From NCBI GenBank assembly GCA_958448705.1, contig CAUDEY010000003.1, positions 76,518 through 140,517 of the forward strand: a stretch of DNA of 64,000 nucleotides. The letters are read 5' to 3'. Source of the DNA: an uncultured Clostridia bacterium. Lineage in GTDB: Bacteria; Bacillota; Clostridia; Christensenellales; QALW01. The notes beneath the pieces were generated by a model that did no database searches, had not been told where the DNA came from, and worked only from the letters and a program-made list of their open reading frames with translations. The position numbers were made by a program, and so were the translations under genes. This document shows positions 10,930 to 20,061 of the stretch, piece after piece (position 1 is the first letter of the stretch; each line of letters opens with the position of its first letter).

Positions 10930-11607
10930 ATGGAAAATATTATCGATGAGCTTGAAACAGTATCGCCTCAAGCTTCTAAACGCAACAGAATCTATGATGT
11001 TCCTGATATCGGCGTTCTGCCGAAAAAGCCATTTTACAGCTTTTTCAAACGCCTTTTCGATATTCTTATTTCTATTCTGGCTCTGCTGATTCTGGCCGTG
11101 CCTATGATTATTGTTGCCATTATTATTTTGTGTGATTCCAAGGGGCCTGCCATTTATAAGCAAGAACGGTTAGGCAAAGACGGCAAGCCTTTTATGTTGT
11201 ACAAGTTCCGCTCCATGCATTTAGATGCGGAAGATAACGGTGCGCAATGGGCCTGCGAAAACGATACCCGCTGTACCCGCATCGGCCATTTTTTAAGGAA
11301 GTCCAGAATCGATGAACTTCCGCAATTTTTTAATATCCTTGCCGGTCAAATGAGTCTTGTAGGGCCCCGCCCGGAACGGCCTTATTTCTATAACGAATTT
11401 GAACAATATATCCACGGCTTTTCCCAACGGCTGAAGGTCGTTCCCGGTCTTACGGGTTTAGCCCAGGTAAACGGCGGCTATGACCTTTTACCGGAAGAAA
11501 AAATCGTGTATGATATGGAATATATCAAATCCCGGTCTTTTCTGCTGGATATCAAATGCATTATAAAAACTATTGCCGTCATCTTCAATCATAACGGTGC
11601 AAGATAA
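10930..11607 (+). CDS. Monotopic phosphoglycosyl transferase (bacterial sugar transferase, WbaP/PglC-like)
   Basis: One re-entrant helix followed by GPAIYKQERLGKDGKPFMLYKFRSM...DELPQFFNIL.GQMSLVGPRPE, the hallmark sequence of the family. Confidence 0.9.
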   Translation: MENIIDELETVSPQASKRNRIYDVPDIGVLPKKPFYSFFKRLFDILISILALLILAVPMIIVAIIILCDSKGPAIYKQERLGKDGKPFMLYKFRSMHLDAEDNGAQWACENDTRCTRIGHFLRKSRIDELPQFFNILAGQMSLVGPRPERPYFYNEFEQYIHGFSQRLKVVPGLTGLAQVNGGYDLLPEEKIVYDMEYIKSRSFLLDIKCIIKTIAVIFNHNGAR

Positions 11608-11608
11608 T

Positions 11609-12586
11609 ATGGAACAAAAAAATATCTTAATTGTGAGTCCGTTTTTTTTTGATTATCATAACCGTATCAAACGGGCTTTGGAAGACCGCGGTGCCTGTGT
11701 TGATGTAGTGGACGAGCAGCCCTCTCACAGTGTGTTCGCCCGAATTATGATGCGGTTGGATATTCCGATTTATCACAGTATTACGCGTCGTTACTTCCGG
11801 GATGTTTTTTCCTCCTTAAAAAAAGATTATGACTATATTCTTTTTATCAAATGTGAAGCGCCTACTGTAGAAGTACTGCAGGAATTTAAAAAGCGCTTTC
11901 CTTTTGCAAAAAAAATTCTCTATTTATGGGATTCTGTAGCTAACATCAAAAGCATCCATAAAAAATTCGGCTATTTCGATAAAATCTTTTCCTTTGATAA
12001 AGACGATGTAAAAAGGTACAAGTTCTTGGACTATGCTTACTGGGGATATACGAAGGAATTTGAAGTAGAAAGTAACGCCATTCCAAAATACGATCTGGCA
12101 TTTATCGGCACGCTGCATTCCGTACGTCCGGCAGTCCTTTCACAAATTGAAAAGCAATGCCGCCATTTAGGCCTTACGTTTTATCAATTTTTATATATTC
12201 CCCATCCTATTGTGTTTCTATATAACAAACTAACCAACAAAAATTTCAAAGGGGTAAAATACGCACAGCTGCATCGAAAACCGCTTTCTACGGAAGAAAC
12301 GATACGGATCTATAAAGATTCAAAAGCCGTACTGGAGATCGAAAACAGCCGGCAGAGCGGCGCCACTACCCGATTGGGCGAAATGCTTGGTATGCAAAAA
12401 AAAATCGTTACTACCTTTAACTGCAAGGGAGAGGATTACTATCGGAAAGAAAATCAGCTGGTGATTGATTGTAAAAACGCCGTACTGAATCAGGAATTCT
12501 TCAATACCCCCTATGTACCGCTGCCCGAAGCCATTCGAAAAAAATATTCATTTGATGCGTTTATCGATACGCTGTTTAAGCAATAA
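11609..12586 (+). CDS. Putative glycosyltransferase-like polysaccharide biosynthesis protein
   Basis: ATG 11609 lies 1 nt after the upstream stop. Rossmann-like alternation and a C-terminal Glu-containing segment (SGATTRLGEMLGMQKKIVTT). The family assignment is uncertain. Confidence 0.45.
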   Translation: MEQKNILIVSPFFFDYHNRIKRALEDRGACVDVVDEQPSHSVFARIMMRLDIPIYHSITRRYFRDVFSSLKKDYDYILFIKCEAPTVEVLQEFKKRFPFAKKILYLWDSVANIKSIHKKFGYFDKIFSFDKDDVKRYKFLDYAYWGYTKEFEVESNAIPKYDLAFIGTLHSVRPAVLSQIEKQCRHLGLTFYQFLYIPHPIVFLYNKLTNKNFKGVKYAQLHRKPLSTEETIRIYKDSKAVLEIENSRQSGATTRLGEMLGMQKKIVTTFNCKGEDYYRKENQLVIDCKNAVLNQEFFNTPYVPLPEAIRKKYSFDAFIDTLFKQ

Positions 12587-12724
12587 ATCAGTTTTAATCT
12601 TCAAACAATATAGCGTCCATTTTTTGATGCTATATTTTTCATTTTGGTTTTCAGACGATCTGAATCAAACAACCGAAAAAAATAGATATATAAAGAAAAC
12701 AAATCAGACAAAGAGAGGTTTTAT

Positions 12725-13561
12725 ATGATGAATCTGTTAAAGGCAGCAAAAGAAAAGAAAGTATTATTGGTAGCCCATAGGGGTGTCTGCGGCGGCAACA
12801 TTCCCTGCAATTCTCTGCAAGCCTTTCGCGCCGCGATCAATCAGGGTGCAGATATCGTAGAATTGGATGTTGACCGCAGTGCCGACGGCGAACTATTTAT
12901 TCAACACCCCGGTATGGAACGGGTACATTTGAGAATTCCTGCTTCCATCCGAAACTATAACTCGGCGGAGGTACAAGAATTCCGCCTTTCTAACTGTGAT
13001 CTTGCACCTACCGAATGGAGTATCGTACGTTTAGAGGAAGCCTTAGAGTTACTGCGCGGCAAATGCATCGTAAACATCAACAAGTTTTGGGAAAATCCCG
13101 AAGCCATTGCAAAACTGGTGCGCCGTTTAAAAATGGAAGATCAGATCCTGATCAAAACAGAAAATCGACCCGAATATTTGAATGACGTGGAAACTTATGC
13201 GCCGGATATTCCTTATATGACCATCGCCAACACAGAAGACACAACTCATGAAGCAATGATGAAGCGCAGCATCAACTATGTGGGTACGGAAGTCCTCTTT
13301 GAAACCGAAGATGCTCCTGTTGCTTCGGCCGAATATTTAAACCAAATGCATCATGATGGTAAAATCGTTTGGTCCAATGCCATCGTTTATAATTATCGTG
13401 CCGTTCTTTCTGCCCATCATAATGATGATATCTCCCTTACTGAAGATCCCGCAAAAGGCTGGGGATGGCTGGCCGATCATGGCTTTGATTTGATTCAAAC
13501 TGACTTTTTATTTCCCTGCAAACATTTTTTAGAAACCACCGGACGCCGAACTGTTGGTTAA
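12725..13561 (+). CDS. Glycerophosphodiester phosphodiesterase family protein
   Basis: N-terminal HRG...N(S/T) and E(L)D motifs (LLVAHRGVCGGNIPCNSLQAF...ADIVELDV). No signal peptide. Confidence 0.8.
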   Translation: MMNLLKAAKEKKVLLVAHRGVCGGNIPCNSLQAFRAAINQGADIVELDVDRSADGELFIQHPGMERVHLRIPASIRNYNSAEVQEFRLSNCDLAPTEWSIVRLEEALELLRGKCIVNINKFWENPEAIAKLVRRLKMEDQILIKTENRPEYLNDVETYAPDIPYMTIANTEDTTHEAMMKRSINYVGTEVLFETEDAPVASAEYLNQMHHDGKIVWSNAIVYNYRAVLSAHHNDDISLTEDPAKGWGWLADHGFDLIQTDFLFPCKHFLETTGRRTVG

Positions 13562-13604
13562 AAAACAGCCCTTGCCGATCTTTCTATCAGCAAGGGCTTT
13601 ACCT
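13562..13604. terminator. Bidirectional terminator between GDPD and dut
   Basis: 9-bp stem AGCCCTTGC (13567-13575) pairs with GCAAGGGCT (13590-13598), with A/T runs on both sides. Confidence 0.7.
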
Positions 13605-14042
13605 TTATTTGTTGCCCGTAGAGCCAAACCCTCCAAAGCCTCTTTCTGTATCCTCAAGTTCTTGTACCTCTTCAAATTTCACCGTAATATACGGTGCAAT
13701 GATCAGCTGTGCAATCCTCTCTCCCGGCTCTATCGTTTGCGCCTGCTTTCCATGGTTATGCATTGCCACGATAATTTCGCCTCGGTAATCGCAATCGATA
13801 ACCCCTACCTTATTGGCCGGCGCAAGATCCCGCTTGCAGGCCATACCGCTGCGGGCATAGACCAACCCCATACAGCCCAAGGGCAGTTCTACAGCAAGTC
13901 CTGTATGAATAAAACTGGTTTGACCAGCCTCTATGGTCAATGCCTCGTCTAAAAGTGCATACAAATCCGCACCGGCGGCAAAAGCAGAACCATATTCAGG
14001 AAGTTTTGCTCTGTCATCAAGTTTTTTTATATTTACTTTCAT
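13605..14042 (-). CDS. dut: dUTP diphosphatase
   Basis: Motifs AAGADL, ARSG, GVIDCDYRGE and ERGFGGFGSTG. ATG 14042 (AAAGGA RBS) is preferred over the upstream TTG. Overlaps the nrdG 3' end by 26 nt. Confidence 0.92.
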   Translation of the reverse strand: MKVNIKKLDDRAKLPEYGSAFAAGADLYALLDEALTIEAGQTSFIHTGLAVELPLGCMGLVYARSGMACKRDLAPANKVGVIDCDYRGEIIVAMHNHGKQAQTIEPGERIAQLIIAPYITVKFEEVQELEDTERGFGGFGSTGNK

Positions 14043-14568
14043 CTTCAAGTCCTTTCCATAAAACAATATCTTTTAAGGCAAAAGAAGCTCTCAGATCGAT
14101 AATCCGCTGGTTTTCAGAACCGCGAAAACGAATCGAAAGATTCTTTTTTTCCTCTATAAACTCACCATCCACCAAAATATCCAGCAGGAAGAGCATCTCA
14201 TCGGTAACCTCACACCGCGCACGGCTGGGAGCAAGCAATTCTTTATCCAGTAAAAATCCCGTATAGCACCAGATATCCTTCTGCGGATACTGTGCCTTTA
14301 CCTTTTTTAAAAACGGCACCAGGCGCCGCTGATTCACCGGCTCAAAAGGCTCCCCGCCTAAAAGCGAAAGTCCCCGAATATAGTCCGGCGCTAACGCCTG
14401 AAGAATCTCTTCCTCTTCTTTTTCCGTAAATTCCTTTCCATAGTCAAAGGCCCAAGCTTCCTCATTAAAGCAGCCTTTGCAACGATGGGTACATCCGCTT
14501 ACAAAAAGACTGACGCGTACACCGATGCCATTGGCAACGTCAAATTTTTTTATATCCGCATAATTCAT
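14017..14568 (-). CDS. nrdG: Anaerobic ribonucleoside-triphosphate reductase activating protein (radical SAM)
   Basis: CxxxCxxC cluster (GCTHRCKGCFN), immediately downstream of nrdD. Confidence 0.93.
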   Translation of the reverse strand: MNYADIKKFDVANGIGVRVSLFVSGCTHRCKGCFNEEAWAFDYGKEFTEKEEEEILQALAPDYIRGLSLLGGEPFEPVNQRRLVPFLKKVKAQYPQKDIWCYTGFLLDKELLAPSRARCEVTDEMLFLLDILVDGEFIEEKKNLSIRFRGSENQRIIDLRASFALKDIVLWKGLEDESKYKKT

Positions 14569-14569
14569 A

Positions 14570-16696
14570 TTACAGATGCAGCACTCTGGCTTTGATCTCC
14601 TTTGTTTTGCCTACATTCCAGAAATTTTCGCCCAAATAGCCGCAGGTACGGCGCGTTACATTCATTTTTGCATGATCCTTATTGTGGCAATTGGGACATT
14701 CCCATTCATTCTCATCGTTAATGATAATCTCGCCGTCAAACCCGCACACATGGCAATAATCACTTTTGGTATTGAATTCCGCATACTGGATGTTATCATA
14801 GATAAACTTCACCAATTCCTCAAGCGCATCGAGATTATTACGCATATTGGGAATTTCCACATAGGAGATGGCGCCGCCTGAAGAAATCTTCTGAAACTGA
14901 CTTTCAAAAGCCAATTTAGAAAAAGCATCAATTTTTTCACGCACATCCACATGATAGGAATTCGTATAATACCCCTTATCCGTCACATCTTCTATCGTGC
15001 CAAAGCGCGCCTTATCAATACGGGCAAAACGGTAGCAAAGAGATTCCGCCGGCGTACCGTATAGAGCAAAGCCAATATTGGTCTCCTTTTTCCAACGATC
15101 GGTAGCATCACGCATATGCTGCATGACTGCCAACGCAAATTTTTCCCCCTCGGGCGTAGTATGGCTTTGGCCGGTCATCAGCTTGGTAACTTCATATAGG
15201 CCGATATACCCCAACGAAATAGAGGAATACCCGCCGTAAAGCAGCTTTTCAATGCTCTCCCCGCGCTTTAAGCGGGCAATCGCACCATACTGCCAGTGCA
15301 CAGGACTTGCGGTAGAAGTGATTTTTTTCACCGCCTCATGCCGGCACATCAGCGCTTCAAAGCAGAGCTGAAGCCTTTCATCAAAGAGCTTCCAGAATTT
15401 ATCCATGTCTCCTTTGGCCACAATACCGATCTGCGGCAGATTGATGCTGACTACCCCCTGATTAAAGCGGCCTTCAAATTTATAATTTCCGTTTTCATCC
15501 TTCCAGGGCGCAAGAAAAGAACGGCAGCCCATGGGCGAAAAAACATTGCCTTCACAGTTTTCCCGCATTTTTTTTGCGGAAATATAATCCGGATACAGAC
15601 GTTTCGCCGAGCATTTTACGGCCAGCTTCGTAATATAATCATACTTCCCGCCCTTTAAGCAGTTATGCTCGTCCAGCACGTATACCAGTTTGGGAAAAGC
15701 CGGCGTCACATATACTCCTTGTTCATTTTTGATGCCCTCCAATCGCTGACGGATGATCTCTTCAATGATCATGGCATTTTCCTCAATATAAGGATCGCCC
15801 TCTTCCAAATTCAAAAACAGCGTAACAAACGGCGACTGACCGTTGGTAGTCATCAAAGTATTGATTTGATATTGAATGGTCTGCACACCGCTGCGCAACT
15901 CGTCTCTCAGGCGGATATGCGCAAGTTTGTCTATCGTAGCCTCGTCAAATTCATCCCCGCATTCATCTTGAATCTGCTTTTTGAATTTTTCATAGGATTT
16001 CCTCAAATATTTTCCCAAATGCTTAATATCCACTGATTGTCCGCCATATTGGCTGGAGGCAACAGCCGCAATAATCTGCGTGATGATAGTGCAAGCTACC
16101 TGGAAGCTTTTTGGGCTTTCAATCAGCTTACCGTTCATCACCGTGCCGTTATCCAGCATATCGCCAATATTTACAAGGCAGCAGTTAAAGATGGGCTGAA
16201 TAAAATAGTCCGCGTCATGAAAGTGCAGGACGCCCTCATCATGTGCCTTCGAAATCTTTTCCGGCAGCAAAATACGGCGCGTAAGATCCTTGGATACCTC
16301 ACCGGCAATCAAATCGCGCTGGGTAGAAGCAATCACCGCGTTTTTATTGGAGTTTTCCTCCATGACATCCTTGTTTGCATTACGAATCAAGCTCAAAATA
16401 GAATCATCCGTTGTATTGGCCTTACGCACCAGGGCACGGCTATACCGATAAATGATATATTTTTTGGCCAATTCAAAATGTCCCTGCTGCATCAGCTTGC
16501 GCTCAATGATATCCTGCACATCTTCTACCAGAATCCTGGTACGATGCTTTGCCTCAATATAATCAAGAATAGCATCGATCTCCTCCGCAGATGCCCGCTG
16601 ATTCTCCTCTACCTCGGCATTGGCCTTTTGAATCGCCGTTACGATTTTGCTGCGGTCGTACTCAACAATGCGGCCGTCCCGTTTAATGATCTGCAT
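14570..16696 (-). CDS. nrdD: Anaerobic ribonucleoside-triphosphate reductase (class III)
   Basis: N-terminal ATP-cone (MQIIKRDGRIVEYD), C-terminal Zn-ribbon (CHVCG...CPNCH) and glycyl-radical motif (RRTCGYLG). ATG 16696 lies 8 nt after GGAGG, so the longer ORF-track start is rejected. Confidence 0.95.
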   Translation of the reverse strand: MQIIKRDGRIVEYDRSKIVTAIQKANAEVEENQRASAEEIDAILDYIEAKHRTRILVEDVQDIIERKLMQQGHFELAKKYIIYRYSRALVRKANTTDDSILSLIRNANKDVMEENSNKNAVIASTQRDLIAGEVSKDLTRRILLPEKISKAHDEGVLHFHDADYFIQPIFNCCLVNIGDMLDNGTVMNGKLIESPKSFQVACTIITQIIAAVASSQYGGQSVDIKHLGKYLRKSYEKFKKQIQDECGDEFDEATIDKLAHIRLRDELRSGVQTIQYQINTLMTTNGQSPFVTLFLNLEEGDPYIEENAMIIEEIIRQRLEGIKNEQGVYVTPAFPKLVYVLDEHNCLKGGKYDYITKLAVKCSAKRLYPDYISAKKMRENCEGNVFSPMGCRSFLAPWKDENGNYKFEGRFNQGVVSINLPQIGIVAKGDMDKFWKLFDERLQLCFEALMCRHEAVKKITSTASPVHWQYGAIARLKRGESIEKLLYGGYSSISLGYIGLYEVTKLMTGQSHTTPEGEKFALAVMQHMRDATDRWKKETNIGFALYGTPAESLCYRFARIDKARFGTIEDVTDKGYYTNSYHVDVREKIDAFSKLAFESQFQKISSGGAISYVEIPNMRNNLDALEELVKFIYDNIQYAEFNTKSDYCHVCGFDGEIIINDENEWECPNCHNKDHAKMNVTRRTCGYLGENFWNVGKTKEIKARVLHL

Positions 16697-16792
16697 TATC
16701 ATTTCCTCCAAGCATGTTGGTTTATAGTTCTTGCTCATTATATATGAAAAGATATAAAATTTCAGTTGCATTTGCAACTTTTTAGTGGTAAA

Positions 16793-16840
16793 ATACAAGA
16801 TGTAGTAAATTCATTTTACAATTTTTACTATATTCTGTAT
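16793..16840. promoter_or_regulatory. Two NrdR-box-like 16-mers about 31 bp apart upstream of nrdD
   Basis: ATACAAGATGTAGTAA (16793-16808) and TTACTATATTCTGTAT (16825-16840) each match about 11 of 16 positions of the acaCwAtATaTwGtgt consensus as I recall it. The centre-to-centre spacing is roughly three helical turns. Confidence 0.45.
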
Positions 16841-16857
16841 GCTTTTTAGGTGATTTT

Positions 16858-17487
16858 ATGGAGGTTTTTCCTGTTTTTTCTAGCATTTCAACCGATGATT
16901 TCAACCATATGCATACGTGCTTTAATATGCAAACGAAAAATTTTTCCAAAGATGATACCTTACTTTTGGGTCATACCGAATCAGAAAACGTCTGTGTTCT
17001 GCAAAAGGGAACTGCCGGTATCGTTTGGTTTGATGAAAACGGAAACCGCATGATTTTGGAGCAGCTAACCGAGGGAAGTATCTTTGGCGGCTTGTTTTCT
17101 TATGCAGAGGATACCTATATCGTATTCAGCAGTGACTGTATCGTACTCTACATTGATTATGCACGCCTGATCCGTCAATGTGAAAATGCCTGTGAATGTC
17201 ACAGCCGTCTGGTGAGCAACGTCCTGCAGCTGATAAGCCGGCGCACCCGGGAACTTTCGTCCAAAATCAATATCCTCTCGCAGCGCACAACGCGCGGTAA
17301 ACTGACGGCTTATTTCAGCTTGCTCCAGGGCCGACAAAAACGGCGGCATATCGTTCTGCCGCAGACGCTGAGTGATCTTGCAGATTATCTGTGCGTAGAC
17401 CGCAGTGCCATGTTTCGGGAAATCAAAAAAATGAAAGAGGAAGGCTTGCTGATCTCAAAAGGACGAAATTTTACCCTGTTTTATTAA
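16858..17487 (+). CDS. Crp/Fnr family transcriptional regulator
   Basis: cNMP-binding-like beta-roll plus a C-terminal HTH (LSDLADYLCVDRSAMFREIKKM). Contains a CENACEC motif. Divergent from nrdD. Confidence 0.85.
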   Translation: MEVFPVFSSISTDDFNHMHTCFNMQTKNFSKDDTLLLGHTESENVCVLQKGTAGIVWFDENGNRMILEQLTEGSIFGGLFSYAEDTYIVFSSDCIVLYIDYARLIRQCENACECHSRLVSNVLQLISRRTRELSSKINILSQRTTRGKLTAYFSLLQGRQKRRHIVLPQTLSDLADYLCVDRSAMFREIKKMKEEGLLISKGRNFTLFY

Positions 17488-17499
17488 GGAGTGTATTAT

Positions 17500-18111
17500 A
17501 TGGGAATCTGCCATATTATCGGTGCAGGAGATTTTTTTAAAGAGGATCTGACTATTAACCCGGAGGATCTGATTATCGCAGCAGACAAGGGACTGCTGTA
17601 TTTAGAAAAGGACCCGGATATCATTGTAGGCGATTTTGACTCCCTCGGCTTTGTTCCACAGGGAAAACAAGTTGTCAAATTACAGGCGCAAAAGGATGAA
17701 TCCGATATTTTTATGTGTATTCAAGAAGGGCTTGCCCGCGGATACCATGATTTCAGGCTTTACGGTGCCTGGGGCGGAGAACGGTTTGATCATACCATAG
17801 CCAATGTCCAACTGCTGCTGTGGCTGTATCGACACGGTTGCCATGCCATTTTATATGCAAAAAATCAAAAGCTTCAGGTATGCAGCCGTGCGGTACTGGA
17901 GCATTGCACCGGATACGTCAGTATCTTTGCTTTTGAAAAATGTAAGGTTCTGTTATCCGGCTTTCTCTACAGCGGAACTCTGGATTTTTCTCCCGAATTT
18001 CCTTTAGGCTTAAGCAATGAACCGACTGCGCATGCTAAAATCAACGCCGATAAACCGGTATTGGTTATTACCGAAAAGAAATCCTCCGGCACCATTCATT
18101 GTGATCCATAA
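17500..18111 (+). CDS. thiN: Thiamine pyrophosphokinase
   Basis: Motifs GAGD..., IIAADKG and VGDFDS...KDESD....GGERFDH. ATG 17500 lies 8 nt after GGAG. Confidence 0.85.
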   Translation: MGICHIIGAGDFFKEDLTINPEDLIIAADKGLLYLEKDPDIIVGDFDSLGFVPQGKQVVKLQAQKDESDIFMCIQEGLARGYHDFRLYGAWGGERFDHTIANVQLLLWLYRHGCHAILYAKNQKLQVCSRAVLEHCTGYVSIFAFEKCKVLLSGFLYSGTLDFSPEFPLGLSNEPTAHAKINADKPVLVITEKKSSGTIHCDP

Positions 18112-18152
18112 AAAACAGGCTGAAACATTGCTTTGTTTCAGCCTGTTTTATT
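18112..18152. terminator. Bidirectional intrinsic terminator
   Basis: 16-bp stem (18112-18127 with 18134-18149), shared by thiN (+) and the SGNH hydrolase gene (-). Confidence 0.85.
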
Positions 18153-18845
18153 TTATGCCTCAAGGGCTTTTTTCTTGACAAAACGGGAAAGCTCCTGGTT
18201 GATAAGCGTCTGTCCTTTTACGCTGGGATGAATCCCGTCAGAACAAAACAGATCTTTAATCTTACGATTTTTAATAAATGCCGCACGAAAATCAATGCAC
18301 TCACACCTCGTTTCCACAGCAATAGCCTCAACGGTACGGGAATATTGTTCCTGATAGCGGTAAATGGCAAAAACATCGCCCAACCAGTGCAAAATGTTTT
18401 CTTTATTCAAACCATTGCGGCAGATCCAGGAAAAATATCTTTCAGCATCTACCGGAGGAAGCGTCGCCAGTATAGGAATAATTCCGTTGTTTTTTAACGA
18501 CACCACCATTTTTTTATAAAGCTCACGGAACTTTTCCAACGGCGTATTAGAAAGATGCTCCTGTTCCGGTTCTTCAGCAATTTTTGCCCAGTTAAAGTCG
18601 CTGTCATTTCCGCCGTATTCCACCAAAGCATAATCACAAACGGCGCCCTTTTCCAAATTATTCTGTACAAGATGTATTCCCTTTTGCACGGTGCAGCCAA
18701 ACTTAGAAAAATTAGCTACCTCCGCATGAATATCCTTGGCTAAGGCATCAATGCCAATCGCATCATTGATATAATAGCGCTGAGTTTCCTCATTGAGTGT
18801 CACTCCGCGCAAAATGGAATCCCCGTAAATTTGTATCTTTGCCAA
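18153..18845 (-). CDS. SGNH/GDSL family hydrolase
   Basis: Block I YGDSI, block III GGND, block V DGIHPS. TTG 18845 lies 9 nt after AAGGAG, whereas the GTG at 18854 abuts the RBS. Confidence 0.8.
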   Translation of the reverse strand: MAKIQIYGDSILRGVTLNEETQRYYINDAIGIDALAKDIHAEVANFSKFGCTVQKGIHLVQNNLEKGAVCDYALVEYGGNDSDFNWAKIAEEPEQEHLSNTPLEKFRELYKKMVVSLKNNGIIPILATLPPVDAERYFSWICRNGLNKENILHWLGDVFAIYRYQEQYSRTVEAIAVETRCECIDFRAAFIKNRKIKDLFCSDGIHPSVKGQTLINQELSRFVKKKALEA

Positions 18846-19022
18846 AACAATCACTCCTTAATCAAAAAAACAGCTTGCATTACTTTGTTACTTAGTTTTC
18901 AATACTATATTATATCATTCTATCTGTATTGTCAACTATTTTTGCAAACTTATAAAACTTCGTTTGCAATATTAAACTTATTATGCTATACTATGTTTGA
19001 ATTATACCCGAGGTGACGAAAA

Positions 19023-19556
19023 ATGATACAGGAACAGCTGCAAGAATTTAATAAAAAAGTGGCTCAGCATAATCTGCCGCGCTGGAAACATCTTCCCGAG
19101 TTAGAGCTATACATGGATCAAGTTATCGTATTGATGCAAAAATATTTAGGACCGTACATGCTTTCAGAGGATCTTTTAACGCCTTCGATGATCAATAATT
19201 ACGTAAAAATGAATGTACTTCCGGCGCCGGTAAAAAAGAAATATTCCCGGCTGCATATTGCTCGGCTATTAGTTATTTGTCTGATGAAGCGTCAGCTTCC
19301 CATCCCGGTCATCAGCCGCATGATCGAGGAGCAGGCCCAAGCCGCAGGAATGGACGGCTTTTTTAATGCTTTTGTTGAAACCTATGAAAGTGAATTTAAA
19401 AAAGTAGCGCAAAATGCCTATCCCGAGGAAGAACCTTTAGTCTGCGCACTGAAATTTGCCGTAAGTGCGGCAGTCAACCACACCATGGCGGAAAGTGCCG
19501 TAAACATTCTTTCGCAGCAGAGTCATGAAGAAAAAGAACCGAAAAAAAAGTCATAA
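19023..19556 (+). CDS. DUF1836-like protein
   Basis: 177 aa. The segment LTPSMINNYVKMNVLPAPVKKKYSRLHIARLLVI matches what I recall of the DUF1836 family. Confidence 0.6.
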   Translation: MIQEQLQEFNKKVAQHNLPRWKHLPELELYMDQVIVLMQKYLGPYMLSEDLLTPSMINNYVKMNVLPAPVKKKYSRLHIARLLVICLMKRQLPIPVISRMIEEQAQAAGMDGFFNAFVETYESEFKKVAQNAYPEEEPLVCALKFAVSAAVNHTMAESAVNILSQQSHEEKEPKKKS

Positions 19557-19672
19557 TTCCTGTTGTCTTTTCAGTTCCCATAAAATATATTGCCTCCCAA
19601 AGATCAATTTCCTATAAAATAAAAAAGGAACCGGGTACATGCAACGCCAGATGAGGAAGTATTCATATAGAG

Positions 19673-19716
19673 GATACGGTGCAGCACCGATGAAGGTGCT
19701 GCACCGTATCGTTTTA
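19673..19716 (+). terminator. Strong intrinsic terminator-like hairpin
   Basis: Perfect 16-bp stem GATACGGTGCAGCACC / GGTGCTGCACCGTATC with a 6-nt loop, followed by GTTTTA. Confidence 0.65.
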
Positions 19717-20061
19717 GGAATATTAGGGGACTCCATAAATGAAAATCGGCGCTTAAAGCCGATTTATGCGGAAACTGTCCGCACAGTTTCCCTGCTTGTT
19801 ATGATATGTGACATTTTTTATCGCTCCGGTGATTGTTTTTTCGGTTTGTATTTTCATCGCATTTGTTTGCGTTAAACCTTAGATACTTATCTTTTGGAAA
19901 AACTCTTTACATCATGGGTTAATATATTTGCCTGACACATAAAACACGCCATCTGTAAAAGGGCGATCCGGCGATGGCTTTTCAAGAACGCCTCTGCGGA
20001 TCAATTCGTCCGTCACATAGCCGACAATTTGAAAAAGGTATAGGGAAACCCATTGGTTGAT

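Noticed and set aside
19673-19710. The perfect 16-bp hairpin considered as part of an SRP, 6S or other known RNA.
   Set aside because: The stem is perfect with no internal loops, none of the conserved SRP or RNase P sequence blocks is present, and a U-rich tail follows. It behaves like an ordinary intrinsic terminator.
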